A stretch of DNA of 64,000 bases from positions 13,454,001-13,518,000 of the forward strand of contig NC_042997.1 of assembly GCF_006345805.1 (NCBI RefSeq), given 5' to 3'. The stretch comes from Octopus sinensis (lineage: Eukaryota). Positions 24,813 to 38,831 of the stretch are shown here, one piece after another (positions within the stretch are counted from its first letter, which is position 1; the number at the start of each line of letters is the position of its first letter). Under the pieces are notes generated by a model that worked only from the letters and a program-made list of their open reading frames with translations, ran no database searches and was not told where the DNA came from. The translations under genes were made by a program, and so were the position numbers.

Positions 24813-24877
24813 GGTGGTGGTGGTGGTGGTGGTGGTGGTGGTGGTGGTGGTGATGATGATGATGATGATGATGATGA

Positions 24878-25470
24878 TAAGCGACACGATAAGGTAATGA
24901 AAGTGCTACATTGGAAACTGCGAAACGTGGCGGTTAGAGAGAGGCAAGACTTGGTATGATCACAAACCACAGAGAGTGGCGGAGTCGTACACTTGCAAAA
25001 TGGTCTGCGATTTCCCAATCCAAACACATCAGGAAATAGTGCATATCAGACTGGACCTAGTGGTGTTCGACAAGATGCACCACATGAGCTATATAGTTGA
25101 TGTTGCGTACTCTTATGACCCACGATAATCAAGAGGGAAGGCGAAAAGAATAGATAAATACAACCGTCTTAACTACGAAATACCTCGGCTATAGAAAACG
25201 AAGAAGGTAAAAATAGTGTCAATTATTGTTGGGTCCTTGGGATCAGTATCGGAAGGCATCAATAAGAATTTAAAGGAAATCAGAATAGAGTGTTCAGTAA
25301 AAAAGTTTATAAAAGGTTTGTCTCCTTAGTACTGACAGAATAATTAGGAAAGTATTAGACAGCTGAAAAGAACAGATGGCATGGTACCGTAGGCTGAAGG
25401 CAACAAGCCCGCTACGCATGCAAGCCTCCAGGAGTTCCAACAAAACCTGAGATAAAAAGAAACAACAACA
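24878..25470 (+). mobile_element. 3' fragment of another R4/Dong-like subfamily
   Basis: KRHDKVMKVLHWKL, WYDHKP, DFPIQT, RLDLVV, IVDVA, IIVGSLG. Flanked by (GAT)n and (CAA/TAA)n. Confidence 0.85.
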
Positions 25471-26497
25471 ATAAGAATAATAAGAAGAAGAACAGCTTCA
25501 TTTCTTTGCGAACAGGACGAAGGATGACAGGAGCAATACAAAAGACAGACATAAACTGTTGGGTTTAGATATAATGAAATGATAAAATAATTATAAAAAG
25601 AAAAATTATAAGTACACACGGTATACAATGAGAAGGAAGAGACACGCATAGTATACAAAGGTTTTTTAAAAGGTGGGGAGAGGATGATAGAAATGTAGCT
25701 CTCCTGAAAAAAGATGATTGCTTGGGATTATAGAGAGACCCCACTATCCGATATTTCCCTGAACACCAAGAGCAAGTGCCCTCTCCAATTCCTTCTCTCC
25801 GGTTCACAGCTCTACACTTAGACAGGCACCATCCACGCTTGCCCTTTTCGCAGCTTTCACCTACCTTTCATTAGACTCACTCGAGGACAGCACTTCCCTC
25901 TCCACTCTCAATTTCTTTTTCAAGTGAAACTAAAAGAAGTCAATGAGAGCTCTACCAAAGAGGAATTTATCTATCCTCATGCCTTTCGGCCTTTAATTAA
26001 ATAATTTGTATTAAGATTAGGCAAAAGTGAAACAACACTCGAATATCGACCAATATTCACTGACCAATTTGGACCAACATTCATTGAAAGATAAAAAGTA
26101 AATATCAATAGGGGTCGAACGCTAAATTGAGAGTACTGAATAGTAATAAAGCTTGACTTAACTATGATCTCAGCTAGTTCGTAAACCTAAATTGTGATTA
26201 ATTTGGGAATACGTTTCTGGTAGATATGGAGTTTCGTTATCGTATGTGTCTTATCAAACAAACCATTTAACAACAACGATATCGAAAAAGAATGGAGAGA
26301 AGAATGAAAGTGACAGAGAGAGAGAGAGAGAGAGAGATAGAGGGTGGGAGGTAGAGAAAACTGTAAAAAGGATAATATAATGGAAATAAGAAAACATGAA
26401 AAGGAGAAGGAGGCTAAAAGAGAAACTCAAACTTACTGACACCCTCTCCGTAGCTAGTAGGCATATTTATTCTAAGTTATATACATACATATATATA

Positions 26498-26532
<35 letters not shown>

Positions 26533-26642
26533 ATGTATGCATTGCTCAAAGATTTTCTCGTTTTATTTACACTCTTATAATAATATAATATAAGATAATA
26601 TAATTTAATGAAATGACAGAATATTAAATGTCCATTCTGATT

Positions 26643-26686
26643 GCACTAGTACTTTCATGCATTGAACTATGCAATCTTCAGGTTCC
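26643..26686 (-). ncRNA. Minimal type I hammerhead-like motif
   Basis: ggaAC CUGAAGA U UGCAU aguuca AUGCA U GAAA GUAC UA GUgc. Palindromic GUAC loop; stem I is eroded. Confidence 0.65.
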
Positions 26687-27638
26687 TGTAGTAGTGGTGA
26701 CAGTTATGTTTTAAGATTTACAACTGTGGTGAGATGGGTAAACTGCGTCTTAAATACATTTGTATAGGCTCCACAATGTTAAGTTTTGCGGAGTGTATTC
26801 TGACCAAACAGTGTGTGATTTTACTAAATTACTTAAGTTGATTGGTGTTTGGCTTAGGCGTCACGGTTTGTTGAACATGTCGAGGGACCTGTATTTTGAC
26901 CCTGGCCAAGGCAGTAATTAGGCTATTTTTAGAAATGTGGCAAACAACATTTCCCAGGGATTTTTACACTTCAGTTATCATCATCAGAATTATCATCTCC
27001 TTTATTGTTGTTGTTGTTGTTAGTGGTGGTGTTGGTGTTGGTGTTGGTGGTGGTGGTGGTGGTGGTGGTAGTAGTAGTGGTAGGAGTAGCTATAGTAATA
27101 GAACTTTAAATCCCCAAATAAGGTAATTTTTACTGTCTTTTCTCTTGGCTAAGCTAGTATTTTCTCATGCTATTGTCATAATGAGGACCTTTAGTATTGT
27201 TGCTGTTAGTGGTAGTAGTCGTAACAGTAAAAATAGACAAATTCATTGATTTTACCAAGATTTGGAGTACGGGAAGTACCTGTGCAGAGGAATAATTTTC
27301 AGTAGATGTAGCATGCACTGCACACACACACGCACCTTCCTATTGGCACAAGAAGACCTCTGCCGGTGTGACATGGAAATTGGCAAAACCAGGAACATCC
27401 AAGGCCTCAGGTTTTATTTCGGAGATTTCCTTCTCCTAGGTAGATTACCAACCAAGGTTAAAGCGCTTCTACCTGCCCATTAGGTAAGTTATCTCATTCC
27501 AAACACCAAACCGACACTCAAGCATTCTATAAAGTGATCAAATATCACTCCGGTAACCGACGTGGAGGTGCTCATAGGAAAATGTACGATATGTGATTTG
27601 CATACATACATACATACATACATACATACATGGATGGA

Positions 27639-28020
27639 TGGAAGCACTCCGTCGGTTACGACGACGAGGGTTCCGGTTGAGCCGATCAACGGAACAGCTT
27701 GCTCGTGAAATTAACGTGTAAGTGGCTGAGCACACCACAGACACGTGTACCCTTAACGTAGTTCTTGGGGATATTCAGCGTGACACAGAGAGTGACAAGG
27801 ACGGTCCTTTGAAATACAGGTACAACAGAAACAGGAAGTAAGAGTGAGAGAAAGCTGTGGTGAAAGAGTACAGCAAGGATCACCACCATCCCCTGCCAGA
27901 GCCTCGTGGAGCTTTAGGTGTTTTCGCTCAATAAACACTCACAACGCCCGGTCTCGGAATCGAAACCGCGATCCTACGACCGCGAGTCCGCTGCCCTAAC
28001 CACTGGGCCATTGCGCCTCC
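27639..28020 (-). mobile_element. SINE family B with tail type 2 (B2), full length
   Basis: Reverse complement of 52303-52682; sits in (CATA)n. Confidence 0.9.
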
Positions 28021-28044
28021 ACCACATACATACATACATACATA

Positions 28045-28335
28045 AACGAGAATCTGGATAAACTGGGATTTTCAGAAAGAGAAATTGACCGGCTGATTCC
28101 TACATTACCAGTCCAGTCCAATCTGTGAGTGAAACCGTAAAGATATGTTGTAAACCGGCTCCCTTCTCAGTGGAAGATTTATAATAATTAAAAAATTGAA
28201 GAGACATATATACACAAATTCTTGATAAATTAAGCTTCTCGAAACCAGAAAGGAGAAAGTTGATTCGAAGACTACAGATTCAAGCTATCACTAGAACTGT
28301 AAAAATCTGTAAAACCTTCCAGAAGTTTACATTTA
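28045..28335 (+). mobile_element. Two tandem 3' relics of a putative RLE-type non-LTR element
   Basis: NLDKLGFSEREIDRLI and LDKLSFSKPERRKLIRRLQIQAITRTVKICKTFQKF are mutually similar. The clade assignment is from memory. Confidence 0.5.
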
Positions 28336-29316
28336 AGTATATATGAGCTGTTTATATATGCAACTATATGCATGAAAATATATAAAACAATACTACAAAT
28401 CTACACGTATCCATACATACATACATATATTTTTATATACATACACATATACATATATATATATACGCATACATACATACACACACAGTTGACACAATCA
28501 CATATATTTATATGCGCATGTGTATAATGTATAGACTATATCGTTTTGTATGTAGGTGCGTAGATCTGTGAGCGATGGTGCGCTTTTTAAAATTCATATA
28601 CATATAATATGCACACATATGTTGCGTGTTTGCATTTATAATACCTATATATACGTATATGTGTGTGTGAGAGAGTGTTTTTCTCTCTGCTTATCATATT
28701 CACATAGGTTCCCATAGTGATTTGTGCAGAGACTGGTTATACAAATTAGGCTTCTCAAGTTAGCGCAGGGATATAAGTATTCATTTATGTTAAATCTGAA
28801 CGGAGGGAAAATGCATTCAGGTTATATAAAACCGTTTTCTCTTGACGAAAAAAATAAAGTTAAATAAAAAAAGAATTTTATCAAGTAGCTTATATGTCTT
28901 TTGCAAGGATGTATAGCCTTGTAGATTATTATCTATTGTTTTATCAAAATTACCCAGAAGTACTTTTCTATGAATACTTTTATTTTAAAAGTTCGCTTCC
29001 AGTAAATTATTTAACAATACTAACTCTAGTACACTTTAAATCCGTTTGATTTGAAATATACAATAAACAATTTCATAATTATAGATATCACATGTATTTA
29101 TTTTGGAAGTGAATGGTATATATATCGCATTCCATGATTTGGTTTTTTTTCTTTTTGTATTCCTTTAACTTTCAGATTTACATTCTTATGTATATATGTA
29201 TGTATTTTTTTAAATATATAAATTAAATAAAGCTATCTTGAAACAGAAATCCTTTCCTAGTTTAAGGCTTTAAACTCTATCATTTTTCTTTGTTCGAATT
29301 TCTTTTGTACTTGGTT

Positions 29317-29347
<31 letters not shown>

Positions 29348-31697
29348 TATATATATATTTCATTTTTTCTGGAAAGGGAATGTAAAATGAGAAACTTAGA
29401 ATATCTGCCAAATACATGAAACAACGCAATTCCTTCTCTTGGGAAATGTTTGAACGAAAAACTTTCTTTGAATCACATTTAAAGAAATCAAATAGAGTTG
29501 AAACAAATAGGTAATACTCCCTATCCGAATAACTGTAATATTTTACATCATATTGTGCGAAAATATATTTTTTGTTCTTAATTATTTTCTTGTTTGTTTA
29601 TAAAGGTTTTATTCATGTATGTTGTTAATTGAGCATAACTTTTTAAAAGCAAAACGTTTAAAAGTGATGCAGCCTCTTTGTGTTAGACCAACAGCAAAAC
29701 ATTTGTTTTAGACAATTTCTGTTACTTATATAGTAGAAGTATCTATAAATGGGTGAACGCTATATTCACATTAAGATGAGATCTGTGACTGATGTCAACT
29801 TCTAAACATATCTCTTCGCTTTGATTTCAAACTTAATCAATCAAATTACCTTTCATGTTTTCATGGTCGATGTTTAAGTTCTAAATCTCTGCAGTCTGAT
29901 CTCAAAATCCTGGTAAGGTGAACTTTACTTTATGTTCCGTCAGAACATAAAACATTGTCTAATGATAGAGAATTGGTGGAAATATCAAAGCATTTCATTA
30001 GTTGGAATGCATTATGGTGTTTTTCAGCTCTGAGCATTCTGAATTCATACCTCACTTCCTATCCTTAGTAAAAATCTGATTCTTCTATGAAGAGTTGCGA
30101 TCGACAGATAATATCTAGAACAAAAGTAAAACAATGATACAGCTTTTGCAGTTTTTTTTATTCGATTGAATGATCAGTTGTGATGAGATGTGACTCGAAA
30201 AGAGTGAAAAAACTTGTGCAAGAGAAAATTCGTGATATATAGTGAAAGATTTCTTATTTCTTCTTTAGGTACCAGAGAAGTTCTACCTAATGATACAGCA
30301 TAGATAATTGCATCAGTTATACTATTAAATTTGTTGGGCAGAGGATAGATCAACACAAGATGTGTTTAAGGAAATCACTTTATTGTTGTTAGTTGATTAC
30401 ATTTTCATATAGAACAAATACTGATTTTGAACATTGGAATTTGATCGAGCATACAGTCCATTAAATCGACCTAATTATATGATTGCTACTATCATTTTGT
30501 TCACTTCGGAAGAAAGAAACTGTAAGTGATCTCGAACGAGATTCAAACTCAGAATGTAAAAAGATATAACTGAAACTGTCTCTATCTGCTAGAAGTACCA
30601 CACTAATCTACCTCCAATGCACTACACTTTTTATAAACAACATACACATTGGATAATTATCGTTTTCTCTTTACTTTTTTCGATCATTGGACTGCAGCTA
30701 TGGTGGGGTACCAATCTGCTCTGAAGGTTAAATCGAGCAGGTCCACCACAGTAGAAAACTTGGCAAGATGCATTTGCCTTTCCCAAATTTGGCAAATTTG
30801 GGGCCTTTGTGGAATCGTTGCATGTAGTATGTAGAAGGTTAAATATTTAAAATTTCAAAGCAAATGGTTTACGAATTGTAAAACTAATATATGTTTGCAA
30901 TGCGTTGTGCTTATATATATATACATGTGTATATGTATAAGTGTATATGCGATTATGTTCATATGTATGTGTAATAGATATTTCGACGCGTGTAAAATGT
31001 TATTGTATTCGGGTGTATTGTACATATCTTTAGGCGCGTACAATGTATTCTTCAATAATTCACTGACGCGATACCTTATTTCGTGGTAATTGTGACAAAT
31101 GACCGAAGTATAGAATTTCTAGTTCCATCCGCTTTCATAGTGACATGCCTGGAGGCGAATGATACTGTACCTCGCCACTGGCATTCTTATCACCATCCAG
31201 GAAGTAGTCGTTTGTCCATTACTATTATCCCCCTTTCCTATTTCAGTGAAGAAAACAGCTAAAATCAATAAGTTTTGTAAGGGTTCTTTATGCCAAATTA
31301 GCACTTGTTGGTAAGGAATATTCTCTATTCAAAACAGTCAGAAAAACTTGCTTAACCCATAGCCCCCTTTATCCTTAGCTTGTCCTAAAGCACTGAGATG
31401 TTTTTTGAAGCGTGTTAAATACGTTAGGAGACATTTAGATACTTTGAATGCTAAGAAGAAATTTACAAGCTATTCTTGATTCTCATAGCAGAAAATATAA
31501 ACAAGAATTTCGTTCTCCGACGCAGATATTTCTTCATATTTTCAGGCTATATACATGCATTTACATGTGTGTGTGTGTGCGTGTGTGTGTGTGTGGTGTG
31601 TGTGTGTGTGTGTGTGCGTGCGTGCGTGCATGTGTTTGTGTGTGTGCGTGTGTGTTTGTAAACGCATGAGAAAAAGAATATATATATATATATACAG

Positions 31698-31728
<31 letters not shown>

Positions 31729-31943
31729 AATATGCATGTATATACATATATATAGATATTATATATATATACATACAGACACACACACATACACACACAT
31801 GTACGTATGCGTTTATGTATACACAAACACACACACATATATATATATATATTGCATTCAAAAAAATAACAGACATTATCAGCACCATTAGCATTGTTGT
31901 TGTTGATAGTATTCTCATTCTCATTCTTATTCTCCTCCTCCTA

Positions 31944-31989
31944 CTTCTTCTTCTTCTTCTTCTTCTTATTATTATTATTATTATTATTA

Positions 31990-32062
<73 letters not shown>
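31944..32062. repeat. (CTT)n-(ATT)n microsatellite, followed by a decayed SINE C (32064-32250)
   Basis: Seen directly in the sequence. Confidence 0.9.
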
Positions 32063-32067
<5 letters not shown>

Positions 32068-32767
32068 CGGAATCGCTATGTAGAATTTGTTTCGACACTT
32101 TGCATTCTGAATTCAAATCCTGCTGAAGTCGCTGTTGTTTTTCTTCTTTTCAATGTCGATCAAATGACGTACCAGTCAACTATTGGGGTTGATGTAATCA
32201 ACCAAACTCCTATAACAAAAATTACGGGGCTTGTGTCAAAATTAGAATGAAATATTTTTTATCATAATCATCATCATCATCACCATCATCATCATCATTC
32301 TTATCGTTGTTGTTATTTATTTGATGCTTTATTGCTGTTATTTGCTGCTGCAGCACTGCTGCTGTAGCTGACGTCACCGTCGATATTATTAATAAATAAA
32401 TAATTTAACAATTCTAAATTTAAAAGTAAGGAAATATTCACATGTTTTCGGAAATATTTTTTCTCAAATATTTCCTACTTTCGTTATTCACCTATTTTTC
32501 ATATACCCTTCAATTAAAAAAAAAATTCTACATTTACATCATCTTTACATTTTTTCTGAACGAAACCAGGTTCAGTGAAATATCAGGTTAAAAATATTTT
32601 AGATCTGAAAGTACACAACATCGATGTTGTCCTTTCATATTTTAGTTTTATCTTTTATTGCTGTTTCACACTTGATAGTTTACAAGCTTCAAAACAACAT
32701 CCCCTCTGAGAGTTTATGTGGTGTCTTTAATAAGAATTCTGGGTGGAGAGTGTACTTTATCTCGATA

Positions 32768-34037
32768 TATCAGGTCATCCCATAAGTTCTGTCCCAATTT
32801 TGAATAAAGAAAACAAGTGTTCAAATGTTATATTTAATTGAAATTTAATCATCAATGTGCTTTCCCTGATTATCTATGACTTCCTTTCATCTATTTACAA
32901 GCTTTTTAATCCCATCAATGTAAAACTCTTTTGGTTTCACAACGAAGAAATCTGAAATGTCAGTTTCGAACTCCTCCTGGCTTGCGAAAGTTATGTCCCC
33001 CAAATGATTCTGTAAACTACGAAACAAATGAGAGTCTGAAGGAGCAAGGTCGGGAGAATAAGGTGGATGATGAATATTTTCCCAATCAAGCTCTTCGATC
33101 TTCTGTGCTGCGGTCTTAGCAGTGTGGGAGTCGCGCATTGTCTTCATGAAACATCATTCCTTTTCGATTCATTAAAGCGGGTCTTTTTTTCAAAACTTGG
33201 TTCAAACGCTCTAATTGCTGACAGTAGACTTGAGCATTGATTGTTGCATTAGGTGGTAACAATTCAAAGCGAATTATTCCTTTGCAATCCCACCAGATAA
33301 AGCGAAGAACCTCTTTTTCATGAAGTTCCCTTCTCGGTTGTGGTTGAGCTTTTTCCATTTTACCAAGCAACTGTGTTCGACGTTTAACATTTCGATAGAA
33401 GATCCATTTTTCGTCACCTATCACAAGTCATATCCAAAAATGGTGAAATGAGTTCGCGGGAAGGGAGAGAAGAGCAGATGTCAACTCTGGATTTGCGGTT
33501 GCTTTCGAACAATTCATGAGGCACCCATTTTCCAAGTTTAGGAACATTTCTAAGTTGTTGAAGATGATGATGAACAGTTATACGGTTTTAACTAAGCTTT
33601 ATTGATAATGCAGGATTTTTTTAAAGTAATGCCTCAAGTAGCTTACCATCAATCTCAACTGGACGTCCTGTTCGATCTTCATCTTGAAGGCTGATATCTC
33701 CATTTCTGAATTTTGCAAACCATCTTCTGCAATTTCATTCTTTCAAGCATTCTTTCCCATAAACTGAGTCTATGTGTTCGAGTCTCTTCGGCTGCAGAGT
33801 TTCCTTTTTTGTACTCATAAAGCATTATGCTCCTTAAATGCTCTTTGGATTTGGATACTTCCATGTTAGAAGGGTTTTAATCAGAGAAATTCTAATTCTG
33901 TTATTCTGTACACAAATGTATAAAAATAATTTTTAATTCCATTAGACATTCTAAAATGCTATTAAATTTCATTCAATTTTAAAAACTTTGGGGGTGACCT
34001 GATAATTTCAAAACAGAACTTTGGGGGTGACCTGATA
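32768..34037 (-). mobile_element. Full-length pseudogenised mariner (D,D34D) transposon
   Basis: TIR TCAGGTCATCCCATAAGTTCTG and its inverse, with TA flanks. Frameshifted ORF pieces: EHLRSIMLYEYKKG, WVPHEL, GDEKW, HEDNAR, HPPYSPDLAPSD. Confidence 0.95.
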
Positions 34038-34404
34038 GTTTCACCAGAATGTAACAGTTATAGTTTGAGTGCAGTAAAGCTTTGCCGGACGGTTTGTCGG
34101 ACGATTTGCCGGATGGTTTGCCTGACGCTTTGCTGCACCGTATATAATACAGCACCGAAAGAACAAGAGTATTCGCCACTTCAACCGACATTTTAACAAT
34201 AACTTTTTCTCAATTAATTTCTGATTATGGTTAGCTTCTTATGTCATCATTTGGTCCAAGAACTCATGAACCTGGAAGCCTAGAACAAACGGGACCCGGA
34301 TCACTTGAACACAACCATTAGTCCGCAAAATAATGGCCGATATAAACTTATCACTGACAGTATGAAGCCCTGAAACCAACATATTGTTTTAGTTAATTAG
34401 GTTA

Positions 34405-34698
34405 ACAATCATGAGGTTGTAAGTTCAATTCCCGGACCGGGCTGTTTTGTGTTCTTGAGCAAGACATTTTATTTCTTGTTGCTCCAGTTCACTCATTCGT
34501 AGAAATAAGTTGCAGCATCACTGGTGCCAAGCTGTATCAGCCTTTGCCTTTGCCTTGGATAACATCGGTGACGTGGCGAGAGCAGGTTGTTATGCATAGG
34601 CCATTGCTAGTCTTCAATAAACAATCTTGCCCGGACTTATATCTCGGAGAGTTTGTTTCTAGGTGCAATCCCATAGTCATTCTAACCGAATGGGGTTT
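34405..34698 (+). mobile_element. SINE family D, 5'-truncated and diverged
   Basis: gttcaattcccggaccgggctg..ttgagcaagaca..ggtgcaatcccatagtcatt. Confidence 0.8.
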
Positions 34699-34929
34699 TT
34701 CCTGTTTATTCTTTACTCTTTACCAATTGTGTTACCATCTCGTATTCTACTATTGCGAACTTCATGGATCTTCGAGATATTTGACAACATGAAAATCCAC
34801 CTAAGCCGATGTCATTCTCCGCGTCACGGTTAGACCAGCATTTCCACTGCACATTCAAACTCCGCAAAAATGTTTCAAATAAAACCCTCCCTAAAATGAC
34901 GAGATGTATCATCCTTAACGGATGATCTT

Positions 34930-35289
34930 TTATTCTTTTATGTGCTGCAGTCAGTTGACTGCATCCATGCTGGGGCCCCACTGTAAATGGTTTTAGTCAA
35001 ACAAACCGGCCCAGGAATTATTTGTTAAAGCCTGGTACTTATTCCATTGGTCTCTGTTGCCGACCGGCCATGTTACGGGGAGGTAATCACACCAACATTG
35101 GTTGTCAAGCGGTGGTGGTGGGACAAGAAAGGACACAAAGCCACGTGCACACATAGGTAATCACACACACATATACACACATTTATAAATACATATATAT
35201 GTATATATAAACACATATATATACATATATACACATACATATATATATATACATATATACACAAATGTATGTGTATATATATAAATATA

Positions 35290-35359
<70 letters not shown>

Positions 35360-35755
35360 TTTTATTCTTTTATTCTTTTACTTGTTTCAGTCTTTTGACT
35401 GCAGCCATACTGGAGCACCGCCTTTCGTCGAATAAATGAACCACAGAACTTATTTTTGTAAGCCTATTACTTAATCTATCCTTGCTGAAACGCTAGGATA
35501 CGGGGATTTAGGCACACCAATATCGGTTGATAAACGATGGTGGGGGACAAACACGGTCACACAAATACCTACATATACATATTTATATATACGACGGACT
35601 TCTTTAAGTTTCTATCTACCAAGTCCACTAACAAGGCTTTGGTCGGCCCGAGGCTGTAGTAGAAGAGACTTGCCCAAAGTGCCACGCAGTGGTACTGAAC
35701 ACAGAACCATCTGGTTGCTAAGCAAGCTTCTTTCCCCACACCCATTCCTGCGCCT
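34930..35755 (-). mobile_element. Two SINE family A copies (partial, then full at 35355-35755)
   Basis: Family A tail and head motifs separated by (TA)n. Confidence 0.85.
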
Positions 35756-35799
35756 AAAATGCAGCACTAAGCTCGCACCGATATATATCTAAAATCACT

Positions 35800-36215
35800 G
35801 ACGTGGCCGATGAGAGTACCGCCTAATTGGCACTCGTGTCAGTGGAACGTTAAAAGCACATCCGTGTGTGATTGTTGTCAGAGTCGCCTTCCCGGCACGT
35901 GGAAAACAACATTCGAGCTTAGTCGTTGCCAATGCCGCTGGACTGGCTTCCGTGCATGTAGCACGTAGAAAACACATTTTGAACGTGGTCATTGCCAGAA
36001 CAGCCTGTCTGGCCCTCGTGCCGGGGAGACGTAAAAACATCCAGTACACTCTTGGAGTGGTTTGCGTTAGGAAGGGCACCCGGCTGTAGAAACTTTGCGA
36101 GATCAGACTAGAGCCTGGTGCAGCCTTCTGGTTCGCCAATCCTCAGTCAAACCGTCCAACTCAGCCAGCATGGAAAGCGGACGTTAAACGACGACGACGA
36201 CGATGATGATAATGA
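35800..36215 (+). mobile_element. RTE-related non-autonomous retroposon with internal ~60-bp tandem units
   Basis: 3-4 degenerate units (..gcacgtaaaaa.cac..). GCGTTAGGAAGGGCACCCGGCTGTAGAAAC resembles an RTE 5'UTR motif. Ends acgttaaac(gac/gat)n. Confidence 0.55.
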
Positions 36216-36217
36216 TG

Positions 36218-36268
<51 letters not shown>

Positions 36269-36716
36269 CACGGCTGTCATCTTTTACAGTTTCCATCTAC
36301 CAAATCCACTCACAATGCTTTGGTAGGCCTGAGGCTTAGTAGAAGAATTTTCCCAAGATGTCACGCAGTGTAACTGAACCCAAAATCATGTGGTCCAGAA
36401 GCACAATTTAAACCGAAAGTACGTTTCCGAACAAATTCATGACCTTTTCATACTTTGCATTATATTTTTTGTGTTTTATGAATTTTTCTATTTACAAGCG
36501 AAGCAAAAAAAAAAAACCTTGTTAGTACAATTTCTTGAAGAGATATCGGAACGTCACAGAATTTCGAAGTTTTACACTATGGTTATTAAATATACAAGTA
36601 AATAAATTAACTGAAACTATATAAAAAACAAGTTGTTAATTTTTCATCAAACATGGCTGATGATTAGGAATACTTAGAGTCAAAACTTGTTTCTAAAACT
36701 TCAAGAAAATATTTAG

Positions 36717-37085
36717 AAACAAGAGCACTCAGAGAGTGCAAACCTCCGCCAATGCAATATCAACGTACTCGCAACGACTAACCAGAAATGATTATTAAAA
36801 TGCGAATATCTGAAATAAACTCGACTGCTCTCACAAACGAGAATGAACCCGACCGCTCTCAAAAATTAAGGAAAGGAAAAAAAGAAAAATAATCCAAAAT
36901 CTTTCTCCGGTAATGGGTCGATCCCAAAATCTATTCGGTTCGTGCCAGTCGTGCGGCCAAATACCCCTATAAGTTTTATCCGAATCCACCCAGTGGTTCT
37001 TGAGATATCTTGTCCACGGTTAAGCAAACAAGTAAAACAAACATGACTGAAAACAATACCTCCGCCTTAGCGGAGGGGGAGGTAA
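36717..37085 (-). mobile_element. Helentron-associated (HINE/DINE-1-like) non-autonomous element
   Basis: Subterminal ACCTCCGCC/GGCGGAGGT repeats, terminal hairpin GCACTC-AGA-GAGTGC, (AAAC)n, T-rich ends and no TSD. Second copy at 46296. Confidence 0.7.
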
Positions 37086-37405
37086 AAAAGTTATTTGTCA
37101 GTTCATACAATGTTATACAAATCAATCACGATGATCAGTTTTGCTTTGAGAACACTTAGCTGTGATTTACAAATATTTCCGTGGACACAAGATGGCAGTC
37201 TTTCTTCCACTGAAGAAGTTCTAACAACACCAGAAATTGGTCGGACTGATTTACTTTTTCTGATCACGGAGGGATAAAATACACAGCATGACGAAACTGT
37301 TTACTTTTCACACTCTGGCAATAATTCTTTGCTCATTAAAAGAGCCACACCATTCTTTTCAATACATTCATACATACATGCATATGTATGTATGCAAGTA
37401 TGTAC

Positions 37406-37456
<51 letters not shown>

Positions 37457-37919
37457 CATGCATGTATACGTACGTATATATCTAAAAATCTATATGTAGG
37501 TGTGCGTGTGTGTGTGTAGATATGTTTGCTTATAAAGCATATGTGTGATTGTGGGCGAGTATATTTGTACAATTGTAAACATTTAATCATTGATTCAGCT
37601 ATTTTCTCAGCCAAAAGAGACAGCGTGAATATCAGATAGATAATGATCAAAGCAATGTTTGGCGGTTGCATTGCATAGCCCAAGGTTCTTTCTGTTTCTT
37701 CTTTCATGGTGCAGTAATCGTTAAACAATCTTCCTAAAACCTCACACATCACCACCTATTCGTAAATCAGTGACCATTTCCTAACAGGAAAATGACCGCT
37801 CGCACCTGTTTATAAAACCAATTCTTCAGCAGTGTTGCCGTAAATGATATATATTTTCACAGCAAGAGACGATATATACATATATAAAGAGAGAAAGAGA
37901 GAGAGATAGGGAGAGGGAG

Positions 37920-37980
<61 letters not shown>

Positions 37981-38192
37981 TGTGCATTTGTGTTTAGGAG
38001 TACCTGTGTATGTGTGTATGTATGCATAGATACATACGTGTATATGCATATATGTATTTATATATTTACATATATATGTGCATAAATGCATGTTTATATA
38101 TATATACATACACACACACACATATATATAGATAGATAGATGCATATATATACATATGTCCATGTACGTACATATCTACTTGTACGGTAATG

Positions 38193-38239
<47 letters not shown>

Positions 38240-38794
38240 TATATATAAACATGTGTCTTTATATGTGTATGTACAAAACAACCTCACTCTCTCCTCTCTT
38301 TCTATTTCTCTCAGCACACACATATATATGTATACATGCATGTGTTTGTGTGTGCGCGTGTGTGTATGTTTGTGTGTGTTTATATTTGTGTTCCTATGCC
38401 TACAGAAAATCCTGTACAAGAAATTGTACAATTCCAGCACGACGAATTGATGAAGATATATACTTATACCTCTAGTCATAGGAACAAAGACATTCACAAT
38501 GCAAAAACTGTTTTCAGATCAGTATTAGTATTATGCCAAAAGACCATAATGCGAAACGAGACACCTGGAATACTTAGTTTTTACTATGTAATGATATGAG
38601 GTTGTTTATAAACATGATATCAAACTTTATGGACTTCATCGAAATATGTACGTGTTCCTTGCTAAAAGTTAAAAATATCAAAAGCAAATCTAACCAAGTA
38701 TCTCTTTATATATATATAATCATATGACTCTATCTATGCATGTGTGCTCATGTAATGAAGACACATACATCTTTCTTTATACAAACATATATAC

Positions 38795-38831
<37 letters not shown>

